Assembly: GCA_035439505.1 (NCBI GenBank)
Contig: DAORKJ010000002.1
Span: 20,735 to 84,734, forward strand
DNA: 64,000 nucleotides
Source of the DNA: Chitinophagales bacterium
Lineage (GTDB): Bacteria; Bacteroidota; Bacteroidia; Chitinophagales; BACL12
Reading direction: 5' to 3'
The translations under genes and the position numbers were made by a program. Below the pieces are notes generated by a model, which was not told the origin of the DNA, did no database searches, and saw only the letters and a program-made list of their open reading frames with translations. Below, piece after piece: positions 1 to 9,436 of the stretch. Positions within the stretch are counted from its first letter, which is position 1, and the number at the start of each line of letters is the position of its first letter.

Positions 1-117
1 ACCAATAGCTGTATAATTGTTGTAAAAGTATTCCTTTACCCGGGTAAACATGATAAGCCCGGTAAGTATTGCCATTCCATCAAACAGCAAGCCGCTTTGT
101 TTGTTGGGGTTCAACAT
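1..117 (-). CDS. 5' end of an unidentified CDS running off the left edge (MLNPNKQSGLLFDGMAILTGLIMF...)
   Basis: The ATG is at 117-115, 4 nt after the stop of the upstream DUF4249-like gene. The frame stays open to position 1 (39 codons) and includes a hydrophobic stretch. It is too short to assign. Confidence 0.3.
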   Translation of the reverse strand, partial: MLNPNKQSGLLFDGMAILTGLIMFTRVKEYFYNNYTAIG

Positions 118-121
118 GCAC

Positions 122-1072
122 TTATAACTCTATTATTGCTTTAGACAATGTGCTACCGGCAAATATGCCAAAACCGTTTTCAATATTCGAATAAATAATT
201 ACAGGTTCTCCAAATGGGTTACCTTCATTTTCTAATTGCTTTTCTGTTGTCGTATAATATTGGAAATATTCTTTACTCACGTGTTTTAACGAAAATTCAA
301 ATCGAGGATCGGCTATGCCTATAGTGTTAATGGCATAAATACTTAATTCAACAGTTTTGGTTGTTCCGTTAAAGGTAACATCAGTAAACATTACTTCATC
401 ACAAAATGTAGCAGCACCCGCCTGATTTTCTGCACCAAAATTATATTCACCACTAACTGTAAATATTGGATCATTAGTACTTACACAGGCAAATGATTCG
501 TTGAAGATATCCTTATACATTACCGCTAGAGAGTAATAATCCTCAGTTCCCGGATCGGTAAAAGTAATTGCCATTTTGAAATAGGGAACTAATGTATCAA
601 TATAAATTACATTGCCATAGGGGTCAATACTGCTATAAGAAATTTCAATTAAAAAGGTATCTATGATAGCTGCTGAAGTTATAGGGATTAGCGATGGTAT
701 TGTAGTGCTTGCAGTTACGGTTTCTTTTCCCGGAGCACTTACCGTTAATTCAAATTCATCATTTGGCTCAGCATGCAATAAATCGTTTTCAATATAATAA
801 TCGCCATTAAATTCATGCGTAAAATTGCCGATAAATGAACCGTTTTTACTTATGGCGATGGTGGCATCACTCACTCGCTCACTTTCAAATCCAATTGCCA
901 ATGGGTCAACACTCAACGAAACTACTGCGCGATTAGTGCTATCAGGTTGTAAAAATGAATTCACTACTAAACGATTTTCTTTTGTTTCTACATCAAAGTA
1001 AACCGTTTTTTCACAAGCGGCTAAAAACACCAAACCTGAAATGGCAACTATTGTTATGATATTATTTTTCAT
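122..1072 (-). CDS. DUF4249-like outer-membrane lipoprotein
   Basis: The signal peptide ends in the lipobox FLAAC. The gene lies 25 nt downstream of the TonB-dependent receptor on the same strand, the usual partner arrangement. The family call is from size and N-terminal pattern only. Confidence 0.55.
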   Translation of the reverse strand: MKNNIITIVAISGLVFLAACEKTVYFDVETKENRLVVNSFLQPDSTNRAVVSLSVDPLAIGFESERVSDATIAISKNGSFIGNFTHEFNGDYYIENDLLHAEPNDEFELTVSAPGKETVTASTTIPSLIPITSAAIIDTFLIEISYSSIDPYGNVIYIDTLVPYFKMAITFTDPGTEDYYSLAVMYKDIFNESFACVSTNDPIFTVSGEYNFGAENQAGAATFCDEVMFTDVTFNGTTKTVELSIYAINTIGIADPRFEFSLKHVSKEYFQYYTTTEKQLENEGNPFGEPVIIYSNIENGFGIFAGSTLSKAIIEL

Positions 1073-1097
1073 GCGCTATATTTAATGCAATCTATAA

Positions 1098-3443
1098 TTA
1101 AAAAGTAAATTCGTAAGATACACTCGGAATGATTGGAAATAAACTAACTTGTCGATAGTTGTTAGTATTTGTTTTGTAATCATATGCCTGATAAATGAAA
1201 AATGGATTTAGTCGGCTATAGGCATTATATACACCAAAATTCCAGGTTCTTGTCCAATACTTTTTTTCTTTCGACAATGCAACATTGGCATCTAATCGGT
1301 GATAGGCATTCATCCTGTAACCATTTCTTCCTTCGTAAGCATATAATGTTTGACCACCGGCACCTTCGTATTTTGCAATTGGCAAACTCACCGGTTGTCC
1401 CGATGTATAAATCCAGGTAGCGGACAGTTCAATATGGTCATTGATTTTATAAATTCCTGCAATTTCAAAATCGTGTCTGCGGTCATATTTATACGGGAAT
1501 TTTTCGCCTAGATTAATTGTAGCGAATTGCCGGTTGCTCCATGATAACGTATATCCAATCCAGCCACTTAATTTACCTGTACGTTTTTGAATAAAAAACT
1601 CTGCACCATAGGCCCAGGCTTCACCACTTTCTACTTTATCTTCCCAGTTTTCAAGCCCATCGAAAAAATAATTAGCACCATCTTTATATTCAATAATGTC
1701 ATTCATTTTTTTGTAATACCCTTCAATACTGAATTCATATTGATTGTTTAATGTGTAAGCAACACCCAAAGCTGGTTGAATTGCTGACTGAGGCGGAACG
1801 CTATCGGTAGCAGGTACCCATAAGTCTGTTGGCAATCCTATTCCGGAATTGGTTAGCAGGTGAATATACTGCGTCATGGTACTAAATGAAGCCTTAATTG
1901 AAAGATTTGGATTTACTAAATACCTTGAACTTATTCGTGGTTGTAACGATTTATAAAATAGGCCATTTACTAAAAAACCACTGGCATGTAATCCGCCGTT
2001 AATTTTTAATTTATTGGTTACTTCCCAATCATCTTCGATATAAACATCAAACTCACTGGCATATACTTTTTCTGAACCAAACGAAAAAGCATCTTCAAAT
2101 TCCTGAATGTTTTCCGATTCAAATTGTGTTGCTCCCGGTTCAAACGTATGATAGGTAACACCTGCTCCGAATTTAATATAATGTTTTGGATTTGGCACAT
2201 AATCTATATCGTACTTTAAACTCCAATCGTAAATGCCCGAAAAATAATCAAACCCAAAATAGGTATCCGGGTCGTCAGTTTTTATTTCTGTTACGGTACT
2301 ATATATGTCAAATTTATAATCTGTAAATGTTGTTGTTAAATTGCTGAAAATTTTATTGCTGAACATGTGATTCCATCTTGCTACAGCAGTTGCATTCCCC
2401 CAATAAATTCCATTATCTTCAACACGTTGAGTGGTTTCATCATATTGATAATCGTAATTAAAATAAGCTTTATCGCGACCAAAATAACCGCTTACATACA
2501 AACGGTCTTTATCTGAAAATTTATGATTAATTTTTGCATTTAAATCATAAAAATAATAGCCCGATACACCTTCTTCATCCTGCTGCGATTTCATAATGGG
2601 CCTGGTAATTAAGTCCAGATAGGTCCTTCTACCTGACACAATGAAAGATGTTTTATCCTTAATAATTGGTCCTTCTATAGTTAACCTTGATGCAATAACG
2701 CCAATAGAACCTTCTCCGTGATAACTATTCATATTACCTTCTTTCATTCTAATATCAACAACACTCGATAACCTTCCTCCATATCGCGCAGGAAATCCTC
2801 CTTTAACCAATGTCACTTTATTAATTGCATCAGAATTAAACACACTGAAAAATCCAAATAAATGCGATGCATTGTAAACCGGCACACCATCTAATAAAAT
2901 TAAATTCTGATCAGGTGAACCGCCGCGGACAAATAAACCACTTGAACCTTCTGATCCACCATTCACACCCGGTAATAATTGTAACGCTTTTAAAACATCT
3001 ACTTCTCCTAAAAATGCAGGCAATGCTTTAATTTGTTCAATGGGAATTTCAATGGTGCTCATTTGTGTCTTTTCCTGAAATTGCTCATCACTTTTTGTAC
3101 CTTCAATAACCACTTCTTTTAATTCATTGGATTGCTCTAATGCGATATTAAGCACGGTATCTTTTTTTAATACAAACTTTTTTTGTTGTGTAATGTAACC
3201 AATATAGGAGTAATTAATTATTACTGAATCTCCCGGTAAGGTTAAACTGTAAAAACCGTAATCGTTGGTTGAAGTCCCACTAAAATTTTTGCTGTTAAAA
3301 ACGGTTGCGCTTAATAACTTTTCACCAGAACCTTTTTCTGTTACATAACCACTAATAGTATAGGATTGTGCAAATAAATTGTTGCCGGACAATACGATAA
3401 AAAATATAAGGCAACTAAATTGTGCAAAGCGCTTGATATTCAT
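1098..3443 (-). CDS. TonB-dependent receptor with N-terminal CarboxypepD_reg-like domain
   Basis: It has a signal peptide, a YTISGYVTEKGSGEKLLSATVF carboxypeptidase-regulatory-like segment, a plug region, a long beta-barrel and a C-terminal aromatic end (SYEFTF). Confidence 0.85.
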   Translation of the reverse strand: MNIKRFAQFSCLIFFIVLSGNNLFAQSYTISGYVTEKGSGEKLLSATVFNSKNFSGTSTNDYGFYSLTLPGDSVIINYSYIGYITQQKKFVLKKDTVLNIALEQSNELKEVVIEGTKSDEQFQEKTQMSTIEIPIEQIKALPAFLGEVDVLKALQLLPGVNGGSEGSSGLFVRGGSPDQNLILLDGVPVYNASHLFGFFSVFNSDAINKVTLVKGGFPARYGGRLSSVVDIRMKEGNMNSYHGEGSIGVIASRLTIEGPIIKDKTSFIVSGRRTYLDLITRPIMKSQQDEEGVSGYYFYDLNAKINHKFSDKDRLYVSGYFGRDKAYFNYDYQYDETTQRVEDNGIYWGNATAVARWNHMFSNKIFSNLTTTFTDYKFDIYSTVTEIKTDDPDTYFGFDYFSGIYDWSLKYDIDYVPNPKHYIKFGAGVTYHTFEPGATQFESENIQEFEDAFSFGSEKVYASEFDVYIEDDWEVTNKLKINGGLHASGFLVNGLFYKSLQPRISSRYLVNPNLSIKASFSTMTQYIHLLTNSGIGLPTDLWVPATDSVPPQSAIQPALGVAYTLNNQYEFSIEGYYKKMNDIIEYKDGANYFFDGLENWEDKVESGEAWAYGAEFFIQKRTGKLSGWIGYTLSWSNRQFATINLGEKFPYKYDRRHDFEIAGIYKINDHIELSATWIYTSGQPVSLPIAKYEGAGGQTLYAYEGRNGYRMNAYHRLDANVALSKEKKYWTRTWNFGVYNAYSRLNPFFIYQAYDYKTNTNNYRQVSLFPIIPSVSYEFTF

Positions 3444-3523
3444 AGGTCAAAGGTAAGATTTTGGCAAAACTGCTTCGGTTAAGATTTATTAAAATGGGAT
3501 AATGATACAATTCTGTGACAAAA

Positions 3524-3546
3524 AAAACCGGCTGTTAACCGGTTTT
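3524..3546 (-). terminator. Intrinsic terminator hairpin after the 3550-4725 gene
   Basis: AAAACCGG-ctgttaa-CCGGTTTT forms a perfect 8-bp stem flanked by A and T tracts. Confidence 0.5.
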
Positions 3547-3549
3547 ATC

Positions 3550-4725
3550 TTATAAGTTCAAATATTCGTCGTTGTTGGCATTGGTTATAGACCTCACCTC
3601 ATTTTCTAACAGATTCACTGCATCTATCAACATCTGGTCATCGTATGGAAAGGGTAGTGGTTTACCACCTAATTTTTCCTTCGACTGCGGAGTAAGCGCT
3701 TCGGCATAACCGGTAGCTGCAGCATAATAGTTTTTGAAAACAGCATCTGCACGAACAGGAAACGAACGTATCACTTCACCGTTTTTGTTCAAATAAACAA
3801 CCTCTCCACTTACAGTTGCTACTTTTTCCTGCCAGGTTTCAGATACATAAGCAGTAACGGTTTTATAATCCGGTTCTTTGATTGGATTACCTAAACTGTC
3901 TTTTACAATATTGCCCTGATTGTCGTAAACGTATTCGTATCCGTCAATAATTTGTTTTGACTCCTCATACTGGTTGGTACTCACTTTTTCAGGGTAAGCT
4001 TCAATCTTGCGAATATTTAACTGAATGGTCATCTCAACACCTTTTTCAAATACACTGCTATGTACAATATACCAGCTGCCACTTGATTTTGGTATGTTAA
4101 TTTGGTTGATAGCCTTTGTAACATCGTAGTTTAAGCTGGCATTCGCCATGTTTTCTACTTTAAATACAACATCGTTAGTGCCAATTTCTTTGGCTTTTTT
4201 CATTAAATCGTCAGCGTCTTTGTAATCATTGTAAAAACGTTCAATTTTTTGAAGTTCATAATAAGCTTCACGTGCTTTGTAAACGTCGTTACTTTTCAAT
4301 TTGAGACTGGCATCAGCATACCAATAGGCAGCTGCGTTCTTTTTAGCTGTATTCATCCCGTCTAAAGCATCGGCAAATTTGAATTCGGCGTCGCGCTCTT
4401 CAGTTCCTACGTACAACGGTAGCAATCTTTTTATTTTGAGCTGACGGCCATATATTTTCTCGTAAACGTTATAAATTTCCTCCCAGCGGTCTGGACTACC
4501 GTCTGTGTTTAAGGCTTTTATATAGTCGAGATCCTCACCATTTGCTCTCACAAACGCTTCCTCTAATAACAAAATATACTCAACCTTATCAGGGTTGTCG
4601 ATTAGTTTTTTTATACAGATGTTTATGGCTTCATCATAATTGCCTTCCCTAAATTCTTTTTCGGCTACCTTACATCCGGAACTAATCACTAATAATAACA
4701 TTGAAGCGTAAACCAATTTTTTCAT
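3550..4725 (-). CDS. Hypothetical lipoprotein (helical N-terminal half, beta-rich C-terminal half)
   Basis: This is a 391-aa ORF with a signal peptide and lipobox (ISSGC). I recognise no catalytic motif. Confidence 0.6.
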   Translation of the reverse strand: MKKLVYASMLLLVISSGCKVAEKEFREGNYDEAINICIKKLIDNPDKVEYILLLEEAFVRANGEDLDYIKALNTDGSPDRWEEIYNVYEKIYGRQLKIKRLLPLYVGTEERDAEFKFADALDGMNTAKKNAAAYWYADASLKLKSNDVYKAREAYYELQKIERFYNDYKDADDLMKKAKEIGTNDVVFKVENMANASLNYDVTKAINQINIPKSSGSWYIVHSSVFEKGVEMTIQLNIRKIEAYPEKVSTNQYEESKQIIDGYEYVYDNQGNIVKDSLGNPIKEPDYKTVTAYVSETWQEKVATVSGEVVYLNKNGEVIRSFPVRADAVFKNYYAAATGYAEALTPQSKEKLGGKPLPFPYDDQMLIDAVNLLENEVRSITNANNDEYLNL

Positions 4726-4952
4726 AATTTCCTCCTGTTTAATCTTTTATAAATACAAAACTATGCCAGTTAATGCATCGAAACGGATATAAAAGTGTGA
4801 TAACCATGTGAATAAATATGATTTTTAATTTAGAATGCGTCTAAACAGCGAATTATTATGCGATGAAACATTACTCCCAATTGAGTTTGAGTATGGTTGC
4901 ATCTATTGAAAATTTTTTTAAAAGATTTGTTAAACTTTTCATGTTTGGTGTT

Positions 4953-4979
4953 TAGTTTTGCACGGGTTTATAAAACCCG
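4953..4979 (+). promoter_or_regulatory. Candidate ACIII operon promoter -7 box plus 5' leader hairpin
   Basis: TAGTTTTG (4953-4960) matches the Bacteroidota TAnnTTTG -7 consensus. It is followed directly by CGGGTTT-ata-AAACCCG (4963-4979). Confidence 0.4.
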
Positions 4980-5008
4980 AAATACCTTAACCAATAAAAT
5001 CAAGGATT

Positions 5009-6265
5009 GTGCAGCATAAGAAGTCGACGACCATCACACGTTTCCTGAGCATTATTTTACTACTCGCATTGTCATTTACAGCAAATAACGTATTTGCGGG
5101 TGAAGCTGAAGGGAAAGTACTTTTTCAATCCAAATGTCAAAGATGTCACTTAGTGGACAAAAAATTGACCGGACCCGCATTGCAAAATGTGCGTACACGT
5201 TGGGCTGATAGCACTAATTTATACGCTTGGATAAAAAACTCACAAAGTTTTTTAGGCACCGGCGATAAATATGCTAACGACTTATATAAAGAATATAACA
5301 GCATCATGCCGGCATTCCCTGAATTGTCGGATGCTGACATTGCTGATATGCTCGTTTATATTGATGCAGAAGCAAAACGCAAACAGGAATTAGCTGCGGC
5401 ACCCGGCCCAGGCGGTGTTGTAACCGAAACAAAAAAGGATAATTCTACATTATACTGGATTTTAATTGTTGCATTATTATTTATAGCGGTAATACTTGGA
5501 CGCGCTGTTAAATACCTTGACGGATTAGTTCGTCAAAAATTTGATGACCCTACACCTGATACAACACCTTTTTACAAGCAACGTAAATACCGCCCGCTTG
5601 TTGGCTTTTTAGCTTTATTGTTTTTATCATTATTAAGTGTTGCCATGTGGAACAGTGCTACTTCACTTGGTCGTCAGCAAGGTTACGCTCCAGAACAACC
5701 AATTGCATTTTCACATAAAGTACACGCAGGTATCAATAAAATTGATTGTAAATACTGTCACGTAGGCGCTGAACGCGGTAAAGCTGCGGTTATCCCTTCA
5801 TTAAGCGTGTGTATGAACTGTCACTATAACATTCAGGGTGTTACAGGGACCGACCCTAACTATCCTAAGGCAGTTTATGATAAGGAAATTGCTAAAATTT
5901 ATAGCTATATCGGATTCAATACTGAATCTATGAAATATGAAAGTGAACCTAAACCAATCGAATGGACTAAAATTCACAATTTACCTGACCACGTTTATTT
6001 CAATCACTCACAACACGTAAAAGTTGCCGGATTGGAATGCCAAACTTGTCATGGTCAAATCCAGGAAATGGACGTAGTTCAACAAATGGAAAACCTTTCA
6101 ATGGGATGGTGCGTGAATTGTCACCGCAATACAAATGTCAACTTTACTACTAACGAGTTTTATAAACCATACGAAGTGTTGCATGAAAAAATTAAAAATG
6201 GTGAGATGGAATCAGTAAAAGCTGAAGACATCGGTGCAACAGAATGTCAAAAATGTCACTATTAA
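5009..6265 (+). CDS. actA: Alternative Complex III subunit ActA, multiheme cytochrome c (six CxxCH)
   Basis: It uses a GTG start and has a signal/anchor helix. The CxxCH motifs are CQRCH, CKYCH, CMNCH, CQTCH, CVNCH and CQKCH. It is the first gene of an actABCDEF-ordered cluster. Confidence 0.85.
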   Translation: MQHKKSTTITRFLSIILLLALSFTANNVFAGEAEGKVLFQSKCQRCHLVDKKLTGPALQNVRTRWADSTNLYAWIKNSQSFLGTGDKYANDLYKEYNSIMPAFPELSDADIADMLVYIDAEAKRKQELAAAPGPGGVVTETKKDNSTLYWILIVALLFIAVILGRAVKYLDGLVRQKFDDPTPDTTPFYKQRKYRPLVGFLALLFLSLLSVAMWNSATSLGRQQGYAPEQPIAFSHKVHAGINKIDCKYCHVGAERGKAAVIPSLSVCMNCHYNIQGVTGTDPNYPKAVYDKEIAKIYSYIGFNTESMKYESEPKPIEWTKIHNLPDHVYFNHSQHVKVAGLECQTCHGQIQEMDVVQQMENLSMGWCVNCHRNTNVNFTTNEFYKPYEVLHEKIKNGEMESVKAEDIGATECQKCHY

Positions 6266-6306
6266 TTTTTTAACAAAGCATCACTTAAACTTCTAACCAT
6301 AACCAA

Positions 6307-9300
6307 ATGGCAGAGAAAAAATACTGGAAAGGCCTTGAAGAATTAAATCAGGCACCGGAATCAGCTCAACTCACACAACCCGAGTTTGGCGAGGAAATTC
6401 CTGTTGAGTTTTTTGACAGCAGCAACGATGGCTTGCATTCAAACCGACGTGATTTCCTTAAAATGATGGGATTTAGCCTAACTGCAGCTACTGTTGCTGC
6501 CGGTTGCGAAATTCCTGTAAAAAAGGTTGCGCCTTACATTTTTAAACCTGAAGATGTAATTCCCGGTATTGCTACCTGGTATGCATCTACATTTTATAAT
6601 GGTGGCGACTACTGTAGTATAATTGTTAAAACACGCGAGGGTCGCCCGATTAAAATTGAAGGTAACCGCGATTCAAAAGTGACTAAAGGTGGAACTTCTG
6701 CACGCGTTCAGGCCAGTGTTTTAAGTTTATACGATACTGCACGTTTGCGCAATCCAATGGTAAAAGGTAAACGCGGTCATGACAATGCATCGTGGGCAGA
6801 TATCGACAAAGCCATTGCCGGTAAACTTGCGGCAAACCCAAATGCTAATATCAGAATTGTTTCTTCAACTGTAATTAGCCCTTCTACTAAAAAAGTATTC
6901 GCAGCATTCGCTGAGAAATATCCTAATACTAAAGTTTATACTTACGATGCCTTATCCTATAGCGGCATGCTAATGGCTAATATGGCTTCAAAAGGAAAAT
7001 CTGAAATTCCTGATTATCACTTCGAAAAAGCAAAAGTAATTGTGAGTATCGATGCCGATTTCTTAGGAACCTGGATTTCTCCAATAGAATTTACAAAAGG
7101 ATATGTGGCAACAAGAAAGGTTACTAAAGAGAAACCTGAAATGAGCCGTCACTATCATTTTGAAAGCAGAATGTCGTTAACCGGTTCTAACGCCGATTAT
7201 CGCGTGGCTGTTGCTCCTTCTGAATTAGGTGTTGTAGCACTTAATTTATTAGATGCTATCACCGGTTCCTCAACTGCTGGTGGCGCTAAATTGAAAGATG
7301 AAGCAAAACAGGCTAGATTAAAAGAAGCTGCTGAATGGTTGAAAAAACACCGTGGCGAATCTTTAGTAGTGAGTGGCTGCAACGACGAAAATGTACAATT
7401 GGTTGTAAATGCAATCAACGACGCATTAAATAATTATGGCAATACCATTACTTGGGATAGTGCAAATATGTTACGCCAGGGTTCTGATGCAAGTATCAAA
7501 ACTTTAATCGGCGAATTAAAGGGCGGTCAGGTAAATATCTTAATGGTAAATGACTGTAACCCTGTTTTTGATCATCCAATGGGCGACCAGTTAGCTGAAG
7601 CAATGACCAAAGCTGAAATGTCTGTTTCATTTGCAGGTAGCATGAATGAAACTGCTGCAAATTGCACCTACATTTGCCCTGATCATCATTTCCTTGAGGC
7701 TTGGAACGATGCTGAACCTAAACGAGGTTTATATTCATTGTCCCAACCAACAATCAAAAATTTATTCGACACCCGTCAAATGCAGGATTCTCTATTAACC
7801 TGGAGCGGAAATGCTATGACCTACCATGATTTCATGGTGCAAAACTGGGTTACCGGTCCTTTAGCAGGTAAAGCAGATGCGATGGGTGCTTTTAATAATG
7901 CATTACAAATTGGTTTATATCAACCTGAAAACGGTAATGTTATCGAAGCTGTTGTTGCTACTTTAACTGCTGCTACGGAAATGGCTCCGGCAACAACCGA
8001 TGTTTCAAGCGCTGCTGCAAATATTTTGGGCATGGCTAAAAAAGCAAGTGGTGTTGAAATCCAGTTTTATGAATCTATAGCTATTGGTGATGGTCGTTAT
8101 GCTGATAACCCTTGGTTACACGAATTACCGGATCCTGTATCTAAAATTACTTGGGATAATTACTTAAACGTTTCTCCTGCTTACGCACGTGAAAATAAAA
8201 TTGAACACGGTGATGTTGTAACAGTTAGCGTTAACGGTAAAGAAGTTAAATTACCTGTTGCCATTCAGCCTGGTCAGGCCAACAATACCGTTTCTGTTGC
8301 CGTAGGTTATGGCCGCACAATGGTAGGTAAAGGTGGTGCCGGTGTTGGTGTTAATGTATATCATCTTTTAGATGCATCAGGAGCTTGTGTAAATTACATG
8401 GCTGCCAATGTAACTATTACTAATACAGGTGAAAATGTTAAACTGGCTCAAACTCAAACGCATTTCAGTTTAAATGACGGATTAGGTCAACGCCGTATTG
8501 TAAAAGAAACAACTTTAGCAGAATATAAGAAAAGCCCTAACGCGGGTAACGAAGACCGTGCTGAAGCGCTTGCCTGGAAAGACATTACTTTTTATCCTGA
8601 TTATTTTGGTAAAAAGAATGGCTTTAACTGGAGTATGGCAATCGACTTAAACTCATGTGTTGGTTGCGGAGCTTGTGTTATTTCTTGTAACGCAGAAAAT
8701 AATATTCCTATAGTTGGTAAAAATGAAGTTATCCGTTCACGTGAAATGCATTGGATGCGTATCGACCGCTACTATGCAGGAACGGAAGAAAATCCGGAAG
8801 TTGTTTACCAACCTATGCTTTGTCAGCATTGCGAAAACGCACCTTGCGAAAACGTTTGTCCGGTAGGTGCTACCAATCATAGCTCTGAAGGCTTTAACCA
8901 AATGGCTTATAACCGTTGTATCGGTACTCGTTATTGCGCAAATAACTGTCCTTATAAAGTGCGTCGTTTCAATTGGTTCGATTACGGTGGAGCTGATACT
9001 TTTGGAACTATGAACGATGCTAAAGAAACTGAAAACAGAGGTTTATTAGAGGACTTAACCCGTATGGTGTTAAATCCGGATGTAACCGTTCGTTCAAGAG
9101 GCGTTATCGAAAAATGTTCATTCTGTGTTCAGCGTATTCAGGAAGCAAAACTTGGCGCGAAAAAAGAAAACCGTGAATTGAAAGACGGTGAATTCAGAGT
9201 AGCATGTCAAAGTGCTTGTCCTGCTGATGCCATTACATTTGGTAACAGCTACGACGATACTAGCGCCGTAGTTAGTGAAGCAAAAGATGAACGTACATTT

Positions 9301-9426
9301 GGAATTTTAGAAGAATTCCACTGGGTGCCTTCTGTGTTCTATAAAACTAAAGTTAGAAATAAAGACAAGGCTGATCATAAGAATGAGGAAGCATTGGATA
9401 TCATGGATTTATATAATTATAAATAA
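6307..9426 (+). CDS. actB: ACIII subunit ActB (molybdopterin-oxidoreductase-like domain fused to a 4-cluster Fe-S domain)
   Basis: It has a twin-arginine signal (NRRDFLKMMG). The C-terminal half carries ferredoxin-type motifs (CVGCGACVISC, CQHCENAPCENVCP, CIGTRYCANNCP). Confidence 0.9.
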   Translation: MAEKKYWKGLEELNQAPESAQLTQPEFGEEIPVEFFDSSNDGLHSNRRDFLKMMGFSLTAATVAAGCEIPVKKVAPYIFKPEDVIPGIATWYASTFYNGGDYCSIIVKTREGRPIKIEGNRDSKVTKGGTSARVQASVLSLYDTARLRNPMVKGKRGHDNASWADIDKAIAGKLAANPNANIRIVSSTVISPSTKKVFAAFAEKYPNTKVYTYDALSYSGMLMANMASKGKSEIPDYHFEKAKVIVSIDADFLGTWISPIEFTKGYVATRKVTKEKPEMSRHYHFESRMSLTGSNADYRVAVAPSELGVVALNLLDAITGSSTAGGAKLKDEAKQARLKEAAEWLKKHRGESLVVSGCNDENVQLVVNAINDALNNYGNTITWDSANMLRQGSDASIKTLIGELKGGQVNILMVNDCNPVFDHPMGDQLAEAMTKAEMSVSFAGSMNETAANCTYICPDHHFLEAWNDAEPKRGLYSLSQPTIKNLFDTRQMQDSLLTWSGNAMTYHDFMVQNWVTGPLAGKADAMGAFNNALQIGLYQPENGNVIEAVVATLTAATEMAPATTDVSSAAANILGMAKKASGVEIQFYESIAIGDGRYADNPWLHELPDPVSKITWDNYLNVSPAYARENKIEHGDVVTVSVNGKEVKLPVAIQPGQANNTVSVAVGYGRTMVGKGGAGVGVNVYHLLDASGACVNYMAANVTITNTGENVKLAQTQTHFSLNDGLGQRRIVKETTLAEYKKSPNAGNEDRAEALAWKDITFYPDYFGKKNGFNWSMAIDLNSCVGCGACVISCNAENNIPIVGKNEVIRSREMHWMRIDRYYAGTEENPEVVYQPMLCQHCENAPCENVCPVGATNHSSEGFNQMAYNRCIGTRYCANNCPYKVRRFNWFDYGGADTFGTMNDAKETENRGLLEDLTRMVLNPDVTVRSRGVIEKCSFCVQRIQEAKLGAKKENRELKDGEFRVACQSACPADAITFGNSYDDTSAVVSEAKDERTFGILEEFHWVPSVFYKTKVRNKDKADHKNEEALDIMDLYNYK

Positions 9427-9436
9427 TTAAATAATT

